DNA of 64,000 nt. Source: Gammaproteobacteria bacterium. Its GTDB lineage: Bacteria > Pseudomonadota > Gammaproteobacteria > Eutrophobiales > Eutrophobiaceae. Position 1 is the first letter of the stretch, and each line of letters begins with the position of its first letter. The notes under the pieces are model-generated. The model saw only the letters and a list, made by a program, of their open reading frames with translations. It was not told the DNA's origin and did no database searches. The position numbers and the translations under genes are program-made. The DNA lies in contig CAXMWX010000011.1 in NCBI GenBank assembly GCA_963422205.2, positions 96,001 through 160,000 of the forward strand, written 5' to 3'. Of the stretch, positions 19,819 to 30,321 are shown one piece after another.

Positions 19819-22392
19819 CTAATTGAATTGATAGGAGACTTCCACCATCCAGCGACGTTCGTTGCCCGGATGGATAAAGGCCCCGCCAAATTCGGGCGCC
19901 GGAATGACCTCAGCCAGATAATCGGTATCCAGCAGATTTTTCACGACACCATGCAGCCCCCAGGTATCGCTTTCAAGGCCAGCACGCAGGTTCACCAGGC
20001 TGTAGGAATCACGGGTGGCGTTGGTCTGGTTGGCAAAGCCAAAATTCAGCCCGGTGAACAAGGTCGGTGTTCTGTCGCCCTCCTGGACTTCGGCAAAACG
20101 CGTTGGCCCGACTGCGGCATAATCAAACCGGCCGACAAACTCCACGCCATCAAGAAAACCGCTGGGCTTAATCCACTCAGCCCCCAGATTAAAGGTGTAT
20201 TCAGGCGCATAAGGCACCCGGTTGCCTGCCGTCTGCGGACGATTGCGGTTCTCATCAATGCGCGCATTGGTGGCGGCCACACCGCCGTAGATACGAAGGG
20301 CATCATTAAGCTGCACACTCAGCGCATATTCCGCCCCGGTGATGCTGACCTCATCAATATTCGATACCACACGCAACAAGCCGAACGGGCCGACAAAGAA
20401 GTTGAATATCTGCATGTTATCAACCAGCGTGTGATAGATCGCCCCCTCCATGCTGACCCGGCCATCGGCAAACGTGGATTTAAAGCCCACTTCAAACGCA
20501 TTGGCTATCTCTTTCTCAAAGCTGTCGCTGATCGTCAGGCCCGCACCAGTTGCCGAGCCCGGATTAAATTCCGCGGCATTAAAGAATAGATTGACAGTCG
20601 CCTGACTGCCCTGATTGTTAAACCCGCCGCTCTTAAAGCCGACGCCCCAGCTCCCGAAAAAAGTCCAGTTCTCATTGGCATTCCAGCGCAGGCTGATCTT
20701 CGGTTGCAACTCCTTAAAGGTCTGCTGCCGGTCGGGGATGCTCTGACGGATCGTGCAGTTGTTGTTGGCATCAATGCTGAGAAAGGCCGGGTTCAGCGGC
20801 GAGCCCTGGCCATCGCCCAGGCCCTGGCAAGGCACCAGCCCCAGCGGAAAGAGCTGAAAGGCATCGGTGTAATCGATAAAATCGGAGGTCTGCGTATCCG
20901 GTGCGGGCACCAATGATGTCACTTCGCGCTTTTCCCGGTCATAGCGAAGGGCAGCGGCGAGCTCAATCTCCTCAGTGACATCAAAAGCCACCTGACCAAA
21001 CACGGCAAGGACTTCCGTGTCGAAACGATCGTACACCAGGGCCTCGGTGGCCGGCCCGATCAAGGCCCGCTGTAATTCAGCACCAGCGACAAAACCAACG
21101 CCGGGATCTTCTATGGTAGCCACACCCACCTCACGCTCCAGGTTCAGATAATACCCGCCCAACTGCCAGCGCAAGCGCTGCTCGCCCGGCGAGGTTAAGC
21201 GCAGTTCAAAGCTGATGTCTTCCTGGTTGCGCTCCTGCCATTGCCCTCCATCACAGGTGGTCGGTGTGTAGGGGCCAAGCAGGTTGAGCGGACTGTTGAC
21301 GATGCCAGTGTTGTTCTGCGGCGATGGCAGCGGATCGGTCATGACTGTTGATGCCAGCGTTGCGATGCAGTTCGGCTCTGCATTAAAAAAACCAAAGGCG
21401 GCGCTGGTGCCATCGGCCAGGAAGGATTGATCGATGTCGCTGTACAGCAACCAGCCGGTGGCTGTTGCCCAGCCCATGTCATAATCTGTCTTGATGGACA
21501 GATCGAACGACTGCTGCTCATTTTCCGGACGGATGTTGGGCTGAAAGACAAATTCATGCGTGTTGACATCCTCATCCAGCAGCGAGTTGCCAAAGGCATT
21601 GGCCGCATCTTCCAAGTGAAATGCCACATTAAATGAAATGGAAGCCGCATCCACCTCGCCGTAATGGGCGCGCAAGTCCACGCTGAGATCCTCACTTGGC
21701 TGCCACAGCAAGCGGCCATTGATGTTGTAATTTTCAAAGTCATCGACGATGTCCCTGCCCGGACTGGCACCGACATTGACGTTGTTATAAAAACCATCGG
21801 TCGTCCGGTAGTCGACATGCAAGCGGCCAGCCAGATCATCGGTCAGGCCACCGCCAGCTTGTGCTGACACATAATAGCTGTTGTCGCTGCCGCCCGTGGC
21901 GCGGATACCTGCACTCGCCTCCTGCACCGGCTTTTTCGTGGTCACGATAACAGCACCGGCGGCGGCGCTGCGGCCATACACCGCCCCCTGCGGCCCTTTC
22001 AGAATTTCAATCTGCTGCAAGTCGGCAAACTCGCGGTTAAACGCACTGGGGTTGGTGTAGAGGATGCCATCGACAATAAAGGCAAAGTTCGCTTCCGCAT
22101 CTCGGGAGCCATTGATACCACGAATACTCACCTGTGCATCGCCTACCTCGGCGGTGTCGACAAAACTCACGCCTGGCGTCAGGGCAATAAAATCCTCGGC
22201 ACGCTCGATGGCCGCACGTTCGATCTCACCGGAGGTAAACGCCGTGATTGTCGCCGGCACATCGGTCAGCACCTCTTCACGCTGGCGGGCGGTCACGATA
22301 ATCTCTTCAATCTGTGCCGATACCGGCAGGGTGATCAGGTAGCTGGCCGCACCGCTGGCAAGCAACAGGCAGTACGTGGTTAATGGTTTCAT
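19819..22392 (-). CDS. TonB-dependent outer-membrane receptor
   Basis: Signal peptide, TonB box EEIIVTAR, plug IEILKGPQGAVYG, C-terminal VSYQFN; RBS ggagga. Confidence 0.95.
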   Translation of the reverse strand: MKPLTTYCLLLASGAASYLITLPVSAQIEEIIVTARQREEVLTDVPATITAFTSGEIERAAIERAEDFIALTPGVSFVDTAEVGDAQVSIRGINGSRDAEANFAFIVDGILYTNPSAFNREFADLQQIEILKGPQGAVYGRSAAAGAVIVTTKKPVQEASAGIRATGGSDNSYYVSAQAGGGLTDDLAGRLHVDYRTTDGFYNNVNVGASPGRDIVDDFENYNINGRLLWQPSEDLSVDLRAHYGEVDAASISFNVAFHLEDAANAFGNSLLDEDVNTHEFVFQPNIRPENEQQSFDLSIKTDYDMGWATATGWLLYSDIDQSFLADGTSAAFGFFNAEPNCIATLASTVMTDPLPSPQNNTGIVNSPLNLLGPYTPTTCDGGQWQERNQEDISFELRLTSPGEQRLRWQLGGYYLNLEREVGVATIEDPGVGFVAGAELQRALIGPATEALVYDRFDTEVLAVFGQVAFDVTEEIELAAALRYDREKREVTSLVPAPDTQTSDFIDYTDAFQLFPLGLVPCQGLGDGQGSPLNPAFLSIDANNNCTIRQSIPDRQQTFKELQPKISLRWNANENWTFFGSWGVGFKSGGFNNQGSQATVNLFFNAAEFNPGSATGAGLTISDSFEKEIANAFEVGFKSTFADGRVSMEGAIYHTLVDNMQIFNFFVGPFGLLRVVSNIDEVSITGAEYALSVQLNDALRIYGGVAATNARIDENRNRPQTAGNRVPYAPEYTFNLGAEWIKPSGFLDGVEFVGRFDYAAVGPTRFAEVQEGDRTPTLFTGLNFGFANQTNATRDSYSLVNLRAGLESDTWGLHGVVKNLLDTDYLAEVIPAPEFGGAFIHPGNERRWMVEVSYQFN

Positions 22393-22502
22393 CGTTCATC
22401 TCCTCCAGTTAAGCGATGGCATGGCATTTTAAGTTGCTTATATACAACATATCGCATACGGGTTTTTAAAGTCGTTGTATTTATAACATAACCCGTCATT
22501 TT

Positions 22503-22514
22503 AATGTATACATT
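22503..22514. promoter_or_regulatory. Putative GntR operator (AATGTATACATT palindrome)
   Basis: Perfect 12-bp palindrome between the divergent TonB receptor and gntR; variants at 22438-22447 and 22637-22646. Confidence 0.65.
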
Positions 22515-22666
22515 CGATGTTATCACCACTTTTCTGATCATCTCTCCCATATCGCTGATTTATTTATGAAAATACCCTGTATGTTGAATCATGCTGACTG
22601 TTGCTCACGTTATCTGGCTGGAGAAATCGTGTTTTTATGTATACGATCAGCAGGGGAGGGGAGGCC

Positions 22667-23350
22667 ATGTCGAAAGCCGTTGAAAAAGCCTATCAACTGA
22701 TCAGGGAGCGGATACTGTCCGGCGACTATGCGCCGGGCTCTCACTTAAAAGAGGAGGCCATCTCCGAGGAGGCGGCCGTCAGCCGTACGCCGGTGCGGGA
22801 AGCCCTGCGCCGATTGAGCAATGAGCAGTTGGTCAAGTTTATCCCCAACCAGGGGGCCTATGTCAATTCCTGGGATGAGGACGATGTGGATGTGATTTAT
22901 GATCTGCGTATCATGCTGGAAGGCTATTCGGCCGCCCGGGCGGCACAGCGCATATCCAATGAAGAGATCGTCGAATTGGAGGAGTGCATCACAGAGATCG
23001 AAAAGCTGTGTGAACAACACTCAAAAGAAAACCACAGGCGCACGATTGAGCATAACCATCGCTTCCACAGCATCATCATTGAGGCGGCCAGCAGTGAGCG
23101 GGTGCATAAAATGCTGGGCTGGCTGGTCGAGATCCCGATGCTGTTAAAGACAATCGAGCAATACAGTGATGCGGATGTGGAGAGAAGCAATAACCATCAT
23201 CGCGAGATCGTCGCGGCGTTTAAGGCCAGAGACAGCGACTGGGCCCGCAGCGTCATGCAGACACATCTGCGTGCCGCTTACCAGATTTATACCCATGCCG
23301 CACCAAACCGCAAGGCCCATCAGACAATGCCATCTTACTCTGCGCCCTGA
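22667..23350 (+). CDS. GntR/FadR-family transcriptional regulator (FCD domain)
   Basis: VSRTPVREAL HTH, NHRFH and HHREIV FCD motifs; RBS ggagg. Confidence 0.93.
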   Translation: MSKAVEKAYQLIRERILSGDYAPGSHLKEEAISEEAAVSRTPVREALRRLSNEQLVKFIPNQGAYVNSWDEDDVDVIYDLRIMLEGYSAARAAQRISNEEIVELEECITEIEKLCEQHSKENHRRTIEHNHRFHSIIIEAASSERVHKMLGWLVEIPMLLKTIEQYSDADVERSNNHHREIVAAFKARDSDWARSVMQTHLRAAYQIYTHAAPNRKAHQTMPSYSAP

Positions 23351-23398
23351 TCTGCTGTTGCCCCGTGTTACCCGGGCAAACAACCCCATAGCGATGCC

Positions 23399-23992
23399 TT
23401 ATAATGATACGATATGTTCCAGGACGGCATGGCTATCCAGCACCTCGCCATACTTAGCCTGGATGTCAAACAGATTCGCCTCGTGTGCCTTGGGATTTCT
23501 ATCCCCCACTGCCTGCCTTGGCACAAACACGGCAAAGTCGTGCTGCAACGCATCCACGGCGGTTGCACGCACACACCCACTGGTCGTCAAACCGGTGACA
23601 ATCACAGTATCGGCCTGTTGTGTGCGTAGCTGTGCCGCCAAGTCGGTCTTAAAAAATGCGCTGGCCCAGTTTTTCTCGATGATTATCTCGTTATCCCGCC
23701 GCTGCAAGGCCGGATCGATTTGTACCCAATGGCTGTCAGGCTGAAGCACATTCAACGCAGGCAACTTTTGCCTGAACACCTTGGCCTGGGTCTCATGCCG
23801 GTAGATCACCGTGGTGAAAAATATCGGCAGGGATTTGTTCCGGGCGGCCTCAAGCAATGTTTGATTGGCCGCAACCACCGCCGGGCAGTCTGATCCCAAA
23901 GGACATTCAGGATCGGTAAACCCGTTGATCACATCAACAATCACCAGGCCCGGCCGACGGCCGAGATCAAGTGCGGTTTTTTCCAGATCCAT
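23399..23992 (-). CDS. Isochorismatase-family amidohydrolase (N-carbamoylsarcosine amidase / maleamate amidohydrolase-like)
   Basis: IVDVINGF, EKNWASAFFKT, GLTTSGCVRATAVDA (Asp-Lys-Cys triad), ANLFDIQAKYGEV. Confidence 0.9.
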   Translation of the reverse strand: MDLEKTALDLGRRPGLVIVDVINGFTDPECPLGSDCPAVVAANQTLLEAARNKSLPIFFTTVIYRHETQAKVFRQKLPALNVLQPDSHWVQIDPALQRRDNEIIIEKNWASAFFKTDLAAQLRTQQADTVIVTGLTTSGCVRATAVDALQHDFAVFVPRQAVGDRNPKAHEANLFDIQAKYGEVLDSHAVLEHIVSL

Positions 23993-24025
23993 TCAGCCCG
24001 GAGCCAGCGAGCGATACAAATCGGT

Positions 24026-25879
24026 TCAAAAACGGGGGGAGGCAGGTGCAGGCAGATGTGTCTCATCCAGCGCCCTGGATTTTATCTCATCAATCGTGCC
24101 GCCGAAATCGAACAACGCCGGCTCGCCCCGCACACCACGCAACTCATCTCGCAAGGCCGTGGTGGCCGCCTCATCCACCTCACCATCGGCATTGATCACA
24201 ACACCATAACGCGCTGCCCCGTCCCGGGTGACAATGCCACGCAGCACATCCAGCCGGACAAGGGCCGGATCACGGGCATAGGGATCACCCCAGCCGCCGC
24301 CGCCCCAAGTCGTAAACTCCAGCAGATCGCCCGCCTTGACTGCAATATCCTCACACTTCGATGGCAACCAGGTATCCGTACCATCAGCCCGGATAAGGTG
24401 CTTGCTTGAACGTTGCCCGGGCTGGCCGCCATTAACGCCCCAGGGATAGGTCAGCCAGCGATCATCATGAATGGCGATCGTGCCATCGCAAAGAAACCGG
24501 TAGCCGACATTGAGCCCGTTACCGCCACGGTGCAGGCCCGCCCCGCCTGAATCAGGCACCGGCGCATAGTGTTCTATCCGCAAGGGAAAATAGGCTTCGA
24601 TAAACTCATTTGGTACGTTGGTAAAACCGGGCCAGAGTGAATGACCATCCGGGCCATCGCCGGCAGGGCGACCGGGAATGCCACCAAAGCCGATCTGAAA
24701 TAACTGGAACCACTCGCCATGATCATCGTAGCCGGAGTAGAACAGATGCGGACTGTCGGAAAAACCGGCCGCATTCAGCGCCTCTGGAGTACCCTGGCCT
24801 AATAACCCGCCCATCACGTCAAAAATTCTGCCCAGGGCATGGGTACGGCCGGACAAGGCCGCCGGATAATCCGGCTTTAACAAAGACCCTTTCGGTATGC
24901 GTACCTCCACCAGATCATAAAAACCATCATTGAACAGAATCTGCGGATCAAACAGATTAATCGTGAAGGCACCGAAGAACATCTTGAACATGCGCTCGCT
25001 TAAATAAAAATTAATCGAACTCTTCGCCTGGGGGTCGGTGCCGTCAAAATCGAAGATGGCAGTCGCACCTTCCCGCCAGAGCGTGCATTTAATTTTGTAC
25101 GGCCCCATGCCAACCCCATCATCACACAGATAATCTTCAAAGGTGCGCGGCTCCTCCGGCACGATCATCTCGATGATCTGTTTCATGGCGGCATGGTTGC
25201 GTTCCAGCATGATATCCATCGTGCTGTGAAAAATATCATCACCAAAACGCTCCGCCAGCTCAACACAGCGCTTTGCCGCCGTATTACATGCTGCGACCAG
25301 GGCATTAAGGTCAAACCGGTTCCATTGCGGTGTGCGTACGTTATGCAGGATCAACTCCAGCAAATCCTGCTGCAACACCCCTTGTTTATACAGCTTCACC
25401 GGTTTGATACGAATGCCTTCCTGGAAAATCGTCGCCGCATTGATGGGAATACTGCCCGGCACCATGCCGCCGTTATCGGACATGTGGCCGAACATGGCCG
25501 ACCAGGCGATGTGCCGTTGCTGCTTGAAGATCGGCACCAGCACGATCCAGTCGGGCAGATGCGATACCGCACCATCACACATATACGGATCATTGGTCAG
25601 AATGACATCACCTTCTTCAATCTCCTCATCGTATGCCTGCATCAGGCCATGAATAAACGAGCCAAACTGGCCGACCACCATCTTCCCCTCACGGTTAGCC
25701 ACCATGGGAAAGCAGTCGCCCTGCTCCCGTATCCCTGGCGACATCGCCGTACGAAACAACACCGCATCCATCTCAACCCGCACATTACGCAGGGCATTTT
25801 CGATGATATCCACCGTCACGGTATCGACTTCAACCCGTTGCAGCGGGGTTTGATTTGCTTCAATAATTTTCGCTGGCAT
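24026..25879 (-). CDS. Hydantoinase B / oxoprolinase-family subunit
   Basis: RTAMSPGIRE, TNDPY...SHLPD, HMSDNGGMVPGS, DSGGAGLHRGG, TWGGGGWGDP. Confidence 0.92.
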   Translation of the reverse strand: MPAKIIEANQTPLQRVEVDTVTVDIIENALRNVRVEMDAVLFRTAMSPGIREQGDCFPMVANREGKMVVGQFGSFIHGLMQAYDEEIEEGDVILTNDPYMCDGAVSHLPDWIVLVPIFKQQRHIAWSAMFGHMSDNGGMVPGSIPINAATIFQEGIRIKPVKLYKQGVLQQDLLELILHNVRTPQWNRFDLNALVAACNTAAKRCVELAERFGDDIFHSTMDIMLERNHAAMKQIIEMIVPEEPRTFEDYLCDDGVGMGPYKIKCTLWREGATAIFDFDGTDPQAKSSINFYLSERMFKMFFGAFTINLFDPQILFNDGFYDLVEVRIPKGSLLKPDYPAALSGRTHALGRIFDVMGGLLGQGTPEALNAAGFSDSPHLFYSGYDDHGEWFQLFQIGFGGIPGRPAGDGPDGHSLWPGFTNVPNEFIEAYFPLRIEHYAPVPDSGGAGLHRGGNGLNVGYRFLCDGTIAIHDDRWLTYPWGVNGGQPGQRSSKHLIRADGTDTWLPSKCEDIAVKAGDLLEFTTWGGGGWGDPYARDPALVRLDVLRGIVTRDGAARYGVVINADGEVDEAATTALRDELRGVRGEPALFDFGGTIDEIKSRALDETHLPAPASPRF

Positions 25880-25889
25880 CGGCTGCTCC

Positions 25890-27947
25890 TCACGGCATGG
25901 GCTTGATGATCAGATTGCCCTGGCTGTCGACTGTTGCATCATGAGCGGGTAACACCACCGTGGTTGAATCCATTTCAACGATCACCGCCGGGCCGGGAAT
26001 GACCAGCCCTTCATGCAGTTTCATTCGCTCATAAATCACGATATCGAGCCACTGGCCATCGTAGAAATACTGGCTGTCCTTGATTTTGCAATCCTCAAGG
26101 CGGGTGCCCGCCTCGCCGGTTTTAAGATCAGCCAGCGCTTTTGACCGGGCCTTGACGATAGCGCGAATCATGACGATCTCATGGCCCTCGCCCAGGGCAA
26201 AGGTGAACAACTGCTCATGTTCGGCATCAAACCTGGCCGTCAGGCCAGCGATGCCATCCCGCTTCAGTTGCTCCTCGGTGAAATCCAGCGTGATCTGATA
26301 CGCCTGGCCGGTATAACGCAGATCGGCCTGATAAAGCACTTCCCAGTCAGTCGCCGCAATACCATCGGCCTGCAAAGAGGCCGATGCTCTGTCTTTCAGC
26401 GCCTTTAGATCAGCAAGCAATGTGTCAGTGCCCGCCTCCCTGGCCATGGTGACAGAAGTACGGGCGGCCTCATCCTGCACCTGTGTGGTCGCATCACCAT
26501 AGGCACACAACACCCCCGGCCCGGGCGGCACGATCACCGGCCAGGCCCCGCTCAATACCCCCAGGGCATTGGCATGCAGGGGCCCAGCACCCCCAAAACC
26601 GACCAGGGAGAAATCACGCGGGTCATGCCCCTGCTCAACCGAGACCAGGCGCAGGGCGCCGAACATGGCCTCGTTGACGATCTTGATGATGCCCTCAGCC
26701 GCCGCCATCAGACCAATCTCCATGGCATCGGCCACTTTTTGCACGGCTTTCTCGGCGGCCTGTTTGTTGATCGCCATCGCACCGCCCAGTTGCACATCGG
26801 CAGGCAAATACCCCAGCACCACATTGGCATCACACACCGTCGGCTCCTGCCCGCCTTTCATATAGGCCGCCGGCCCCGGCACCGCACCTGCCGATGCCGG
26901 CCCGACCCGAAGCGCCCGGGTCAACTCCGGCACAAACGCAATCGAGCCGCCGCCCGCCCCGATGGTACGCACATCCATTGAAGGGGCACGTACCCGGACA
27001 TCGCCAACGATGGTCTCACGCCTGACCTGTGCCTTGCCCTGCTGGATCAGGGCAACATCGGTGGATGTCCCTCCCATATCCAGCGTCATGATGTTCTCAT
27101 AACCCGCCCGGCGACAGAAGTAGAGCGCACCCGCCACCCCGCCAGCCGGCCCGGACATGAGCAGATTCACCGGCGATTCAGCGGCGGCACGGCCAGATGC
27201 CAGGCCACCATCAGAGCGCAGGATAGATAACGCCACCTCACCCATCTTGTCCTGCAGGGCGGTTTGCAGATTGGTCACATAATTTGCCACTTCAGGGCGC
27301 ACATAGGCATTGACGACTGTGGTCTCGGTGCGCTCGTATTCCTGCATCTCCGGCACCACGGCACTGGAGATGGAGACAGGGATGTCGGTGAAGATCTCGC
27401 GTGCGATTGCCGCGGCTCTGGTTTCATTCTCACCATTGATATATGCGTTGATAAAACAAATCGTCAGCGATTCCACTTCGTTACGGGCATGCAGAGCCTG
27501 CAAGGACTGGCGCAACGCCGCCTCATCCAGCGGCTTGATGATGGTGCCATCGGCCGCCATGCGCTCATCCGCCTCAACAGTGAGTTCCAGCGGGGCGAGC
27601 AAGGGTTTTTTGACATAGCTTACCCAGCCGCCGAGACCACCCGGACAGAATGAACGGGCAACCTGCAATATCTGCTTAAAACCCCTGGTTGTGACCAGAC
27701 CGACCCGGGAACCGCGCCCGGTCAGCACGGCATTGGTGGCCACCGTGGTGCCGTGCATGACCCGAGAGATAGCCGATGGATCAATACCGGATTGCTCGCA
27801 GATCCGGGCAATACCACCGAGCACGCCGAGAGAGGGATCCTCCGGTGTAGACGGCACTTTTACCGTGCAGGTCTGGCCAGTCTGCTCATTGATAAGCAGC
27901 AGATCAGTGAACGTGCCGCCGACATCAACACCCAGTCTGTAAGACAT
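25890..27947 (-). CDS. Hydantoinase A / oxoprolinase-family ATP-binding subunit
   Basis: GVDVGGTFTD, HGTTVATNA, SGPAGGV, DMGGTSTDV, FGGAGPLH. Confidence 0.93.
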   Translation of the reverse strand: MSYRLGVDVGGTFTDLLLINEQTGQTCTVKVPSTPEDPSLGVLGGIARICEQSGIDPSAISRVMHGTTVATNAVLTGRGSRVGLVTTRGFKQILQVARSFCPGGLGGWVSYVKKPLLAPLELTVEADERMAADGTIIKPLDEAALRQSLQALHARNEVESLTICFINAYINGENETRAAAIAREIFTDIPVSISSAVVPEMQEYERTETTVVNAYVRPEVANYVTNLQTALQDKMGEVALSILRSDGGLASGRAAAESPVNLLMSGPAGGVAGALYFCRRAGYENIMTLDMGGTSTDVALIQQGKAQVRRETIVGDVRVRAPSMDVRTIGAGGGSIAFVPELTRALRVGPASAGAVPGPAAYMKGGQEPTVCDANVVLGYLPADVQLGGAMAINKQAAEKAVQKVADAMEIGLMAAAEGIIKIVNEAMFGALRLVSVEQGHDPRDFSLVGFGGAGPLHANALGVLSGAWPVIVPPGPGVLCAYGDATTQVQDEAARTSVTMAREAGTDTLLADLKALKDRASASLQADGIAATDWEVLYQADLRYTGQAYQITLDFTEEQLKRDGIAGLTARFDAEHEQLFTFALGEGHEIVMIRAIVKARSKALADLKTGEAGTRLEDCKIKDSQYFYDGQWLDIVIYERMKLHEGLVIPGPAVIVEMDSTTVVLPAHDATVDSQGNLIIKPMP

Positions 27948-27967
27948 ACCATGCCCTCATTGTTATT

Positions 27968-28889
27968 TTACGTACAAGCCGCCGCCTGGACTGTATTCGG
28001 AAACACCCCTGCCCTGCTTACCATCGCCGGCATCGGGGTCGCCAGCGGCTGCTCCAGCCATTTTGCCGTGTCGATGATTTTTTCAATATCCACGCCCGTC
28101 TTTAACCCCATACGGTGAATCATATAGAGCAGGTCCTCGGTGCCGACATTGCCTGTGGCCGCCGGGGCAAACGGGCAACCGCCCACACCCCCCGCAGCTG
28201 GCATCGAAGATGCTGACACCTTCCATGATAGCCGCATACACATTCGCCACGGCCGTGTTGCGGGTGTTGTGAAAATGACAGCGCAGAGCAACATCCGGCA
28301 CCGCCCGTTGGGCCTGTTTGACCAGGCTGGCCACCTCGGCCGGCGTGGCCACACCGATGGTATCGGCCAGGGCGATCTCGGTAAATCCCATATCAGCCAG
28401 CCGCTGACACAGGCCGAGCACTTTGCCCGCCGGTATCTCTCCTTCGAATGGACAACCAAACGCCGCACTCACCGTCACCGAGCTACGCAGGGGGGTTGTC
28501 TGTATTTCTCTGGCGATCTCGGCAATGACCTGCATGGTCTGCTCGGTTGTTGCGTTCTGGTTACGCTGATTGAAGGTGTCTGACGCCACCACAGCACAGT
28601 TGATTTCATTGATGCGGCTGGCGGCGGCGCGCTCAAACCCGCGCCTGTTCAATACCAGCCCGATGTAGGTGACATCATCCCGTTCCGGCAGGCCGGCAAT
28701 CACCGCCTCGGCATCGGCCATTTGCGGCACCCGTTTGGGATTGACAAAACTCACCACTTCCAGGCGCCGTATGCCAGCATCGATCAGGCGGCTGATCAAG
28801 GTCAGTTTATGCGTTGTCTCCAGCAGCCTGGCCTGACTCTGCAAACCATCACGGGGAGCAACATCAATAATTTCGATAAAACCTGTCAT
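27968..28889 (-). pseudogene. HMG-CoA-lyase-family gene split by a one-base insertion in a G6 tract
   Basis: Frame A has DVAPRDGLQ...ALADTIG...HFHNTR...FDASCG; frame B continues GVGGCPFAPAATGNV; C6 run at 28188-28193. Confidence 0.85.
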
Positions 28890-28969
28890 GGCGTCTCTTA
28901 AGAACCCGCTTGCACTTGTTGAAGGCCAGATCATTTTAAGCCAAAGCCCTTGACAAGAGCTACTCGAAC

Positions 28970-29010
28970 AAATCAACTTATAAAATCAACTTAAACTTAT
29001 AAAATCAACT
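28970..29010 (+). repeat. Short direct repeats (aaatcaact x3) in a divergent promoter region
   Basis: aaatcaacttataaaatcaacttaaacttataaaatcaact. Confidence 0.6.
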
Positions 29011-29015
29011 CATAA

Positions 29016-29078
29016 TTGTATACAAAGAAAAGATATTAAGGCATAATAATGCCTTTTTTTTCCGATAAATGTATACAA
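29016..29078. promoter_or_regulatory. Two putative GntR operators (TTGTATACAA, ATGTATACAA)
   Basis: Motifs at 29016-29025 and 29069-29078 between the divergent lyase and CoA-transferase genes. Confidence 0.65.
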
Positions 29079-29106
29079 TAAATGACTCATCTACCTGCCA
29101 AACATC

Positions 29107-30321
29107 ATGAACCAGAGAGATGAATTACAACAGCGCGGCCCGCTGGCCGATGTCCGTGTCATTGAAATGGGTGTGCTTCTGGCCGGGCCGTTCTGTGGTC
29201 AGCTGCTGGGGGATTTCGGCGCCGAAGTCATCAAGATAGAACAGCCCGGGGTGGGCGATCCCATGCGTGAATGGGGTCAGGAAAAAGCCCAGGGGCATTC
29301 GCTGTGGTGGCCGGTCGTGGCGCGGAATAAAAAATCCATCACCTTGAACGCACGGGAAACCGAAGGCCAGCAGATCATCAAGCAGCTCGTGGCCGAGGCG
29401 GATATTCTGATCGAGAACTTCCGTCCTGGCACGATGGAGCGCTGGAACTTGAGCTATGAGGAGTTGGCAGAGATCAACCCGCGGCTGATCATGGTGCGTA
29501 TAACCGGCTTCGGTCAGACCGGCCCTTATGCCAAACAAGCCGGCTATGGCTCGATTGGCGAGGCGATGGGCGGGCTGCGGTTTGTGGTGGGTGATCCGGA
29601 CAAACCCCCCAGCCGCATGGGGATCAGCATTGGCGATGAGCTGGCCGCCACCTATGCCTGCCTGGGTGCCTTGAGTGCCTTGCATGTACGCCAGACCACC
29701 GGCCGGGGTCAGGTCGTTGATTCGGCGATTTATGAGGCCGTGTTTGCCATGATGGAGTCCTTGATCCCGGAATACCAGATCGGCGGCTATGTGCGCCAGC
29801 GCACCGGTTCAATTTTACCTAATGTGGCCCCGGCGAATGCGTATCCTGTCAAAGATGGTGACTATCTGGTCGCCGCCAACCAGGATACCGTCTTCAAACG
29901 CTTTGCTGAGGCCATGGGGCGCCCGGAACTGGCCGAGGATTCGCGTTACGCCACGCACACCGCCCGCGGCAGACACCAGCAGGAACTGGACGAGTTGATA
30001 TCTGCCTGGACACAAACCATGACAGCCGCCGAGTTGCGCGAGAAGATGAACGAACATGGCGTCCCCAGTGGCAAGATTTATACCGCGGCCGATATGCTGG
30101 AGGATGAGCACTTCGCTGCACGCCAGGCCATCGTCTCGGTGCCGCATACGCTGTTTGGTGAGTTGAAGATGCAGAACGTGTTCCCCCGCATGTCTGACAC
30201 GCAAGGCAAGGTGCGCTGGCCAGGCCCGGAGCTGGGCGAGCATAACAAGGAAATCTATCAGGACGTGCTGGGCATGGCGGATGAGCAGATAGCGCAGTTG
30301 AAAGAGAAAGGCGTTATCTAG
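29107..30321 (+). CDS. Class III CoA transferase (CaiB/BaiF family)
   Basis: AGPFCGQLLGDFGAEVIKIE, RNKKSITL, ENFRPG, GFGQTGPY, ISIGDE (catalytic Asp). Confidence 0.93.
   Translation: MNQRDELQQRGPLADVRVIEMGVLLAGPFCGQLLGDFGAEVIKIEQPGVGDPMREWGQEKAQGHSLWWPVVARNKKSITLNARETEGQQIIKQLVAEADILIENFRPGTMERWNLSYEELAEINPRLIMVRITGFGQTGPYAKQAGYGSIGEAMGGLRFVVGDPDKPPSRMGISIGDELAATYACLGALSALHVRQTTGRGQVVDSAIYEAVFAMMESLIPEYQIGGYVRQRTGSILPNVAPANAYPVKDGDYLVAANQDTVFKRFAEAMGRPELAEDSRYATHTARGRHQQELDELISAWTQTMTAAELREKMNEHGVPSGKIYTAADMLEDEHFAARQAIVSVPHTLFGELKMQNVFPRMSDTQGKVRWPGPELGEHNKEIYQDVLGMADEQIAQLKEKGVI

Noticed and set aside
22422-22437. Sigma-54 promoter-like TGGCATTTTAAGTTGC
   Set aside because: The GG-to-GC spacing is 11 nt rather than the required 10.
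27968-28976. Two separate genes (27968..28468 and 28083..28976)
   Set aside because: They are the two halves of one frameshifted lyase gene.
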